Positions 53,503 to 64,000 of a stretch of 64,000 nucleotides of DNA are shown in pieces. Every line of letters begins with the position of its first letter. Position 1 is the first letter of the stretch. The position numbers and the translations under genes are program-made. Source of the DNA: Lytechinus pictus (lineage: Eukaryota); contig NC_087250.1 in assembly GCF_037042905.1 (NCBI RefSeq), positions 16,122,001 through 16,186,000 of the forward strand, read 5' to 3'. The notes below the pieces were generated by a model. The model had not been told where the DNA came from, ran no database searches, and saw nothing but the letters and a program-made list of their open reading frames with translations.

Positions 53503-53562
53503 GTTACATTCTCATCATTGAAACGTAGATTGAAACAAAACCAACTGTCTACTTATAGTTAA

Positions 53563-54145
53563 AGGAGAATGAAACTCTTGGAGCAAGTTAGCTTTTGTGA
53601 AAGCAGAAAAATCAAAGAATAAGATCAACAAAACTTTGAGTAAAATAGGACTAGCAATAAAAGAGTTATGAGCATTTGAATGTCGAGATCACTAATGCTA
53701 TGGAGATCCTCCCAATGGCAATGCGACCAAGATCTGTGATGTCACACACGTACAACTCTCCCATTCGGACACTGAAAATATACCCCAAAACATCTCTTTT
53801 TGCTCATTCTAATCATATGACAAACGATTCATCAATGATATAATGTTGTGAAACCTCTGTACTTGTCATCTCATAAAGAAAATACCTAACCTTGTGATAG
53901 ACTCTATAAAAGTGAGAATATAAGTGAAATAAGTACTAAAGTAATGAGGGAGTTGTACGTGTGTGATATCACAGATCTTGGTCGCATTGCCGATGGGAGG
54001 ATCTACATGGCACTAGTGATCTCAATATTCAAATGCTCATAACTTTCTTATTATTCATTCAATCTTCCTCAAACTTTCAACAATATGTTTCTTTGATTTT
54101 TCTCTTTGATATGGATTCAGCGAGTTTCAAGGGTTTCATTTTCCT
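53563..54145. mobile_element. TTAA-flanked MITE (copy of 45018-45601)
   Basis: TTAA TSD overlapping the LINE stop codon. Confidence 0.88.
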
Positions 54146-54204
54146 TTAATAATTCCAACTGCCTATCTAATGGGGGGGGGGGGTTGATGTCAATATGTTC
54201 GTGT

Positions 54205-54235
<31 letters not shown>

Positions 54236-54599
54236 GCCACTATTCTATTTGTGTTTTTAATCGTATAATGTAGTAATCAAGGGAGTCGGCTTTGACAGGT
54301 CAATGGCCTTTCTGACTTCCTACATCCGCTACATTTTATTTTCATTTCTTTTATATTTCTACCATTTTTATTGCTTGTACTGTGATTTAATTTATTTTAC
54401 TCCTTTGTTATTGTATACTGTACATATATGTTTGTATGTTTTTAAAGGATGTTAAATAAATGAATTGAAATTGAAATTGAAATAAGAAAAAAGTCAAAAT
54501 GGGGAAAGGCTGACCACAGACCAGCTTGATCTGGTGAAATAACCCCCCCCAAAAAAATGATGAAACTGGACAATATAAGATACAAAAAAAAATAAAACA

Positions 54600-55035
54600 A
54601 TAAAAATGAAAAATATAAGGATGATAATCAAAATAATTAGAATGAAATGTTAATTCCGTTGCGAAGAATTATAGGAATAAAGTTTAAGTTAACGTTTGAA
54701 TTCATTTTAAGAGACACTGTCTTTAACATTATTAGGAAGGGAATTCCAAAATTTAGGATTGTTGAATATGAATGAATCTTTGGCCAGTAAAGTTCTGAAA
54801 AGTAGTAATATGTGAAATTCGTCACAGTGTCTCGTAATGTAGCTATGACAAAAATTGTTTTTAGGCAACATGGTATGAAACAATATGGGGAAGTGCGTTA
54901 TTATTGTTACTATACATGAATTGCCCTAACTGGAACAAATACAGGATTTTGACTTTCAACAGTTTACTTTCATGAAAAAGTGGGTCCGTATGCGAACGGA
55001 AAGCTGTACTAATACGAAGTGCTTTCTTTTTTGTG
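54600..55035 (-). mobile_element. Degenerate CR1/L2-clade LINE ORF2 3' fragment
   Basis: KKALRI..RSHTDPLFHESKLLKV..FMY..PKFWNSLP. Confidence 0.7.
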
Positions 55036-58000
55036 TGCAAATGTAAAAATTTCAGGGTTAAACCAGGGGCGGATCCAGCCTTCGCCAATAAGTGGGGGGG
55101 GGGGGGGGGGGCCCGGATTTTTTTTTCAGCCATATTTTTCCCCGATCGACCGCTCGAAGATGATTTTTGTTTGTTCCTTTGAAGGGGTAGTCCTAATAGT
55201 CACTTCTTAGCTTTATTCTTATAAAGCAACATATATACATATATTATCATAATCCTTATTCATGTTATGCGAGCGCGAAGCGCGAGCGAATTTTTTGTTA
55301 TGTATTTTGTCTTAAAATTTGAACATTCTGGGCAATGTTTATTTTCTTGAAAAAGACGTGTATGCAACTAAATATTTACTACGAACGCGAAGGGCGAGCA
55401 GAAATTTTGATACATGTTTTAAACTGATCGAATAGGAACCTGTTAAGAACCGCTTGCAGTTAGTCATGAAGACGTGACATATTTTAACAATCAAATAATG
55501 CGAGCGCGAAGCGCGAGCTGAACATTTTTGACATTTTTACCTAAAGAATGGAAATTCTAAGCACTTTTGTAACTTAAACAGGATAGTTATATATTTAAAA
55601 CAATTGATGCGAGCGCGCAGTGCGAGTGGAAAATTTCGAGATTTAGACCTAAACGAGACACTCTATTCATGTTTTGTAAATCATGCAAAGGATGAGTAAT
55701 TGGGGACCTTCCTTACAATAATAATTTGAGCGCAAAGCGCGAGCACAAAATTTTTATATACATTTTGAACTGATAAAAAAGAAACTTGTTAAGGACTGTT
55801 TGCAGTTAGCCATGAAGACGTTACATATTTCAACAATCAAATAATGCGAGCGCGAAGCGCGAGCTGAAAACTGTTGACATTTCTACCTTAAGAATGGAAA
55901 TTCTAAGCACTTTTTGTAACTTAAACAGAATAGCTATATATATAAACAATTGATGCAAGCGCGTAGCGCGAGCAGAAAATTTCGTGATTTAGACCTAAAA
56001 CCGAGGCACTCTATTCATGTTTTGTAAATCACGAAAAGGATGACTAATTGAGGATCTTCTTTACAATAATAATTCGAGCGCAAAGCGCGAGCTGAAAATT
56101 TTTGACATTTCTCCATAAAGAATGGAAAATTTAATCAATTTTTGTAATCGTGAACAGGATAGCTATATAACCAAACAATTGATGCGAGCGCGAAGCGCGA
56201 GCGGAAAAATCGAGATTTAGACCTAAAAACGGGACACTCTATTCATGTTTTGTAAATCATGAAAAAGATTAGTAATAGGGGATCTTCCTACATTAATAAT
56301 TAATTAATAAAGCACGAGCAGAGTCTTTTTTTATATTGTGATCTGAAACTGGATAATGATACAAATAGAGAAAAAGTTGCGTATCTGAATAAACATGCAA
56401 GGAAGTGTTTCAGATTTAGACTTAGAATGTAGGCATTCTAAATACATCTTTTATCATGAAAATCAATAAAGCGAGCGCGAAGCGCGAGTTTAAAATATTT
56501 GATATTCCGATCTGAAAAAGGGTTAATTTATGGATCGCTCCTAATAAAGAGCTGGGGTCCGTTTCATAAAGAGTTATAACTGTGTAACTTTGCCGTTATG
56601 TCAACTACCATGGCAACATGGCTCAGCAGCCAATCACAATCAATGTTACCATGGTAGTTGCCATAATGGCGAAGTTACAATAGTTGTAACTCTATATGAA
56701 ATGGGCCCCTGATATTTTTCATTATTATTACTTTGAGTTTTTAAATATAGGACCGGGACATTCTAAGGACATTTTGTCATCATATTTCTATTCTTATTCA
56801 TAAGCGCGAGATGAAACTTGTCGATATTCCATTCTGAACAAAGGGAAATTTAATTATTAATCAATAACTCATTCATTATTCTAATAAGCATATTGACAAC
56901 GCGAAATTCGTTAATATTATTGCCTGAAAACTGGACATTTCAAGCATTTTTGAAATTATGAATAGGATGCATGAGTTAATACATATTTTTAACAATTAAT
57001 GCCAGCGCAAATCGGAGCCGAATTTTTCGATAAACTGTCATGAAATGGGGATTTCAAGTAATTTGTTAAAGAGTTAATATTGAGGTGATTATAAATAACA
57101 TAAAATGTGAGCGTATAGCGCTAGCTGATAATATTTGACAATCAGACCTGAATGGGGATATTTTGATAACTTTATAGAATACACGCAGGGCCGTAGCCAG
57201 AAGCATTTTGTTGGGGGGTGTACCAGCTGAATTTGCCAACTAAATTGGGCATGATCGCACCAGGGGGAGTCTGATGGGGGATTTGACCCCCCCCCCCTAC
57301 AATAATCACATGCTAAAAGATTTTGAATTTTTAGAATTGAATTAATGGCATTTGGTGAATACTTTAAGGTAAACAAAGATATACAACGATATTTGCACTG
57401 TAAAAATAAACATTTTGGATCAAAATAGAAAGGCTAGTGTGCCGTAGTTGCTAACTTGCAGTATAATAATATAGCATATGCATTAATAACATCAAAATTA
57501 AAGATTTGTTAATTTTTAATTGACCTTCTGTGCAAGATGTCTCAACTAAAAGAGTGCTACTGCTAACAGAGGCGTACCTTGGGTCACAGTAATGGTTGGG
57601 GGCACCAACAAAAATTTTGAGTCATTGTGGGTGCGTGAAGCGCGCTCAATTGCCAGGTATACTGACCTAATAGAGACATTTTAAGGACTGTGCCATTAAA
57701 CGGATATGTATCTTAGTGATCAAATAATGCGAGCGCGAGCTGAAAATGTTTGATATTCAGTCCTAAAAAGGGACATTATAAGCAAAGTTTTGTAATCATG
57801 ATACATACCTGTCTCACAAAACAAACAATGCGAGCGCGAAGCGCGAGCTGAATTTTTTTGTATAACTTGACCCTAAAAAGGAACATTTTAAGGACTATCT
57901 TTGGGAATTCATGAAGTGCGTACGTATCTCATCATAGTCATCTAATGCGAGCGCCAAGCGCTTGCTTATTTTGTTAGAATAACACCTAAGCACATGAAGC

Positions 58001-58399
58001 ACTTTTTGTGGTCATTGTAATCATAAACATGATACGTATTTCACTAATGAAATATTGCGGCCCAGAAGCGCGAGTAGACAATTTTTGAAATTCAGAGCTG
58101 AAGAGGGGCATTCTATGGCTTGTTTGTAGGAATTTACTATTTCACTAATCAAGTGATGCAAGCGCAAAGCGCGAGCTGAAAATTGGTTATAATTAGATCA
58201 GAAAATTTTAAGGACTGTCTTTAGGAATTCGTGCACTGCAAAGACGCCGGTGTTGATTTAACACCAGCCCGGTATCTATATCGGTCCACACCAATGCGAA
58301 CGTAAGCACAGACTGGAAATGTTTTATATTAAGGCCTTAAAAGGGGGCAATCACTTTAAGTATACAGTCATGAAAAAAGCATAATTATGTCACTACATT

Positions 58400-58498
58400 G
58401 GTTGATCTATAAAAGTTCTGCATAAACTTCATATGGCTGAAGGTGCGTTCATCCTTTGCAACACTTATTGGTGCTGTCATGAGAAGCTTGTAAGCATT
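58400..58498 (-). pseudogene. hAT transposase C-terminal dimerisation-domain fragment
   Basis: Matches the hAT motif P-x-S/T-x-A-x-x-ER-x-FS-x-x-K-x-x-x-N-x-x-RST. Confidence 0.7.
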
Positions 58499-59104
58499 CC
58501 AAGTGAGAGAAAGAATAGACTTCTTGAATTGTCAAATCTTCGGTGACAGAATTTAGTAAAAATAACTTAGTTTGCCAACTGCAAACTTGTAGACAAGTCT
58601 ACAAGTTGTAGACTTGTCTTCATGAATTTGCCAACTGCAGAGTTACCAGTTAAGTCTTGTGTTCTGTTCTTTTCAGATCTGAAACGGCGCAGTATATACT
58701 TGTCCATCACTTTGCTGACTGGTAGAGCGTTTAGTGTTCTGCCACTTTAATAGGCCCACTTTATAATTTGCCAACTATACTTTGGCTTTGATTATACAAC
58801 TTAAACCTTGGAAATTCATCCCACCCCATATTTCTTTACCTAGTCTTTCCTCTAATTTTACAAAACTAATGTGTTTGTTAAATCGTCAATAATTGTGGTA
58901 CAATTTGCAAACTCACAAGCTTGTTTATATTTGGGGAGGGCCAGGGGCTTACTTTATGTGGTATTATAGCTCCATCTGTTTTGTCCTTTGTATTTTGCTG
59001 ACTAGTAGGGCTCTAAGCCTGGCTACATGGACTTGGATTTGCCAATTAACTGGTTGTCTTTACTCTATAAGTCGTAACCTTCTTCGAAGTTAGTACCCCT
59101 ATTT

Positions 59105-59400
<296 letters not shown>

Positions 59401-61032
59401 CTCCCCTATCCTCCATTTTGCCAACTGGTACATGATTTTGCCGACTGCCATGAATATTGGGGGGGGGGGGGGTGTCACACCCCCCATACCCCCCCTCTAG
59501 CTACGGCCCTGAATACACGAAAATGACAGGTATCTGACAATCAAACAGCGCGAGCAATAAATGTTAATATAACATTTTTACAGAGCACTTAAAAAAAATA
59601 AATTTGTAAATCAAACAAAATAATGAAAGTTCGATTTCCGAGGAGAAATATGTTTTGTATAATGACTTCAAAACTTGATATTTTAAGCTCCATATTGAGC
59701 AAGATATGTAAATCATCTAACAGACAATGCTAGCGCGAAGCGCGAGCAAAAATCTTATAGTGACATGAATTTTTTTCCCAAGTCTTCCCCTCATCTTATT
59801 TTTATCACTTGTTTTCCTCATCTTATCTTTCCTCTTTTTTTTTTCTCCTCTCTTTTCTTTTTCTTTTTTTTTCTTTTTTTTGCTCCGCCAATAGGGGGGC
59901 GGGGGGGGGGGGGGGGTGGCAGGGCCCCTCGGGCCTGCCTGGATCCGCCTATGGTTAAACCAGGGTTAAAGTTATGGTCAACAGGTGCAGTCTGAAATTC
60001 CTGGCTTGAAACCATCCAGGACTGTCACATTTTAACTGCCCCTTTTTAGGGTTGATAGGCTGATGTTAATTGTACTGATATTGGTATCTACGCTTAAGTG
60101 AATTTAGGTAAAGGAGTGATATGTGTATTGTAAGTGTATGGGAGGAGTAGTTTGTGCAGGAAAGGAGTGCATGGGACACACCCAAGTTTCCTTTAAAGGA
60201 CAAGTCCACCCAAACAAAAAGTTGATTTGAATAAAGAGAGAAAATTCCAACAAGCATAACACTAAAAAATTCATCAAGATCGGATGTAAAATAAGAAAGT
60301 TTTGACATTTTAAAATTTTGCTTAATTTCACAAAACAGTTATAAGCACATAAGCACATCCTGGTCAGTATGCAAATGAGGAGACTGATGACGTCATCCAC
60401 TCACTATTTCTTTTGTATTTTATTTGTATGAAGTATGAAATATTCTAATTATCTACTCATTGTCATGGGGTGGACTCGATTTTTAATGTGCTTAGCCATG
60501 AGAGCTGGTCAGTGGAACATGGAATTTGTTTTCTGCCATGCAGCATCGGAATCTCTTGACTCTAGACTACGACATATTTGCAATTGTTAGTCCGGTGCAA
60601 ATTTTCGGATGCTCTGCTGTCCCAGTCCACCAACTTTCGACAAAAGCCTCTCGGCTCTCAATTGTGGTTGTAATTGCTTTTTCAAAGGAATCGATGCGTT
60701 GTAGAGAGTGTCTCCCTAGTAAATGCGAAAATGTCTATTATTGACAGAGAAGAACACAATTCAATTTGTTGATCTGGCACTATGCAAGTTACATTTACGA
60801 GGCCGTAATACTCGAACATGTTTTTGAGATAAAAACTCATTAGCCTACATTCAAATCAATGCTTTCAAGTTGTTAGGCCTACGTCATCACCCATCTGTTC
60901 TGTATTGTCCAATCAAAGCGTAGATCATCAAAGATAAGATGCTACGCATGCGCACTACAAGAATTTCATCAAGAAGACGTCCACAATGAGAAAGAAGGAT
61001 ATTTGAGAGGTATAGATATGGGTGACTAAGGC

Positions 61033-61064
<32 letters not shown>

Positions 61065-61849
61065 GGGAGGAGTGGGAGTGGGATAAGTGGTGGTCGAAAT
61101 AAAAAAAAGCTGGGAAATGGGAACGTACAGTAGTGATTGTATAAAAGCCTGATAGAAATTTGTGGTGTATTATCATTCGACATAAGAATTCAATATGTTC
61201 TGTTGCAATCTCAAAGGTTTCATCAATTGAATTAGATTTGTTTCCCTATTGCTGAGAGGACAGCTTTTATCTGAAGAAATTATATGATTATTAAAACTGA
61301 ATCCTATCTGCGCTAAATCAAGTGAAGTTTTTACCGCTAATTCTACAGAATGAGTGATGTCTGGATGATAGATTCTATTACGATGAATGTGGTGAGTTTT
61401 TGCTCTTATATTACTGAGACTAACGGAGTATTTTAATTTCAAATGTTGTTATTTTTTCAATAAAACATATGACGTATATTCTACATATATATGATTTTCC
61501 ATTCTTAGCAAAAGAAACAATAGATCACTTTCCTCATTTTAATATTCATTTGAAAAAAAAAGTTGTTCTCTTATTGGCAATTGGTAAAATAAAACTAACT
61601 CGAAAAAAAAAAACTTTAATTAATCGTATTCATATAGATTGAGAAGTAATATGGTGAAATTATGGGCTACATTTTACTGCGAAAAAAAAATCGGTGGTTG
61701 ATTTGAAAAGCATAAATATTGATCTAACAAAACCGAACAAAGATATTTTTTCATAACTTTCCTTAATGAATAGAGCTATTGGTGAACATTTTAGACCCAT
61801 TTCATTTCATGCTTTTGACCTGATTGAAAAGAGTTTTGATTAAAGAATA

Positions 61850-62310
61850 AGACCCCAAGAAAAAAAAAGAAAACAAGAAGTAGAAAATGAATAAGAAAGA
61901 GGAGGAAAAGAAATGACAAAGAAAAAAAAATAGCAAAAGAAAAGGAAGGAGAGGCAGAGGAAGAAGAAGAAGAAGAAATAGAAGAAAAAGAAGAAGAAGA
62001 AAAAGAAGGTGAAGAAAAGGAGGAGGAGGAGGATAAGAAGTAGTAATAGTAGAAGATGAAGAAAAAGAAGAAGGAGCAGAAAAAGAAGAAGAAAGGTAAA
62101 GAAGACAAAAGAGAAGAAGAAGGAGAAGAGGAAGAGGAGAAGGAGAGGAATAATATTAATGATAATAATAATGATAATAATAATAAGAAGAAGAATGAGA
62201 AGAAGAAGAACAAGAACAAGTTCAAGGAGAAGAATCAGAAGAAGAAGAAAAAGAGGAAGAGAGAAGAAAGAAGAAGACGAAAAAAGAAACAAATATTCCT
62301 GATGAAAAGA
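61850..62310. repeat. (GAA/GAG/AAT)n low-complexity tract
   Basis: Direct inspection. Confidence 0.9.
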
Positions 62311-63287
62311 CAATTCAAATTAATGATGACAAGTAAAACAGTTATAGGCTAGATGTGTGGGTGTCATGAAGAAGTTGTTAAACTACTGATGGAAAACATG
62401 ACCCTTGGTGCTGGGGGCGTTGTGTATGCAATACACCACAGGCAACATTTTGTTAATTCGGAACGATTTCTTGTTTTACGATAAAAAAGTGAAATATTAA
62501 TTGAAAAGGTCAACATTCTTTCACAGTTAGTTGTCCAATGCACCATGTCTGACATTATCAGGGAACATGATAAATGTCACAATGAACTGGTCAATATAAG
62601 GCAACATCTAGATGGTCACCACAAGATCAATTTTTCAAAATATAATACTTTGCTTGTCGTGATAAATATCGTTGTTCAGAGCTAATGTGGTTGTCATAGG
62701 TGAAAGATTAATAATATATTAATCGCAGGATTCTGTGAAACATCATCAATCATCACCTTCATCAATAATGTAAGCGAGTCTGTAGACCTATGTATGTTAC
62801 CTCGATAACCTAAATTAAAATCAATTTGAACTAGATCACTCATTGTAATCGAAATGTGAGGAGGATTTGTGTCGTGAATAGCCTCATAGAATTACTCGAT
62901 ATCATAAATTACATGCTCTATTGTCGTAAAATTATTCTAAAAACGAACCTGAGCTAATCTATTCACCCAAAGTATTCGCCTTATTGGTTAAAGAAAGAGA
63001 ACCTGATGGTTCGGGTGAAAAAGCTAAGTTAATGTTGTTGTTTGGTTTACATATCGTATCTTATATGTAATATAAGAACTCCATGAAAGTTAAATTCGAT
63101 GAGATCTTGAAAATTAAAATGATTTGTCCATAGAGGGTTTTGGTATCTTTTTTATTTATTTTTCTTATTCAATACTTCCATTAAAAACATGTATATACAC
63201 ACATATAAATGAGAAAAGACATAAGGATAAAGAAAACCTATGAAACAAAGCAGGGGCGGAGATCTCTTCCAAAAGGTAGGGGGGACA

Positions 63288-64000
63288 CAGGGGCGGATCC
63301 AGCCTTCGCCAATAGGAGGGGGGGCGGAAATTTGTTTCAGCCATATTTTCCCCGATCGGCAGCTCGAAGATGATTTGTGTTTGTTTCTTTTAAGGGGTAG
63401 TCCTCATTAGTCAGTTTTTAGCTTTATTCTTATACATTCATATATAATATCATAATCCTTATTTATATGATGCGAGCGCGAAGCGCGAGCTAATTTTTGG
63501 AAATTTTATGTATTTTTTCCTAAAATTTGAACATTCTGGGCAATGTTTGATATCCTGAAAAAAATCTGTATGCAACTTAATAATTACTACAAATGCAAAG
63601 CGCGAGCAGAAATGAACTGATGGAAAAGATACCTGTTAAAGACTGCGTGCAGTTAGCATTTAACAATCAAATAATGCGAGCGCGAGCTGTTTTTTTTGTG
63701 GACATTTTTACCTAAAGAATGGAAATTCTAAGCACTTTTGTATCTCAAGCAGAATAGGTATATAAGAAGAAAATTGATGCGAGCGCGAAGCGCGAACGGA
63801 AAATTTCGAGATTTAGTCCTATAATATTTACTGAACGAGACACTCTATTCATGTTTTGTAAATCATGAAAAAGATGAGTATTAATCATGCGAGCGCATAG
63901 CGCGAGCAAAAATTTGTTATATACGTACCTGTTGAAAAGGTACCTGTTAAGGACTGCTTGCACTTAGCCATGAAGGCGTTACATATTTCAACAATCAAAA
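63288..64000. mobile_element. Third copy of the CAGGGGCGGATCC element family, cut by the window end
   Basis: Colinear with 55064 onward. Confidence 0.8.

Larger units (their letters stand above)
51100..54483 (+). mobile_element. Internally deleted CR1/L2-clade LINE (ORF1 remnant, ORF2 end, 3' tail) interrupted by three insertions
   Basis: RAIIVKLTSYRARQTIL (ORF1-like); VKFLGVILDENMTW, PHLNYCLIIWG, IRYKGPNLWNNLP (ORF2); (TTGAAA)n tail. Confidence 0.8.

Noticed and set aside
60480..60990. Moderately GC-rich unique-looking block, possible coding relic or regulatory element
   Set aside because: No recognisable motif, splice structure or long ORF; cannot be supported without a search.

Overview
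AT-rich, intron-rich animal genomic DNA, most likely an echinoid (sea urchin); nothing here is prokaryotic. The window holds two convergent genes. (1) On the + strand, 18 coding exons (481-28251) of a kinesin-2 KRP95/KIF3B-type motor; the N-terminal ~65 aa lie upstream of the window. (2) On the - strand, a ~384-aa protein with two U1/matrin-type C2H2 zinc fingers (CDS 38776-42591), a probable 5' UTR exon near 43815-44150, and a perfect kappaB site upstream. The rest is transposon-derived: Harbinger-like, TTAA-flanked and hAT-like MITEs, a pogo-like element, a Helitron, a HINE/Helentron-like element, tRNA-derived SINEs, CR1/L2-type LINE fragments, and simple repeats. The most striking unexplained structure is that 8 of the 18 kinesin exons have their own splice junction tandemly duplicated into the adjacent intron, from one copy up to ~24. 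These arrays carry decoy acceptors or donors, most guarded by in-frame stop codons. Comparing sibling units also exposes several Tc1/mariner-type excision footprints (TA-CATG-TA, TA-CAGTG-TA). All calls come from reading the sequence by eye; family names rest on recalled hallmarks, not database searches.
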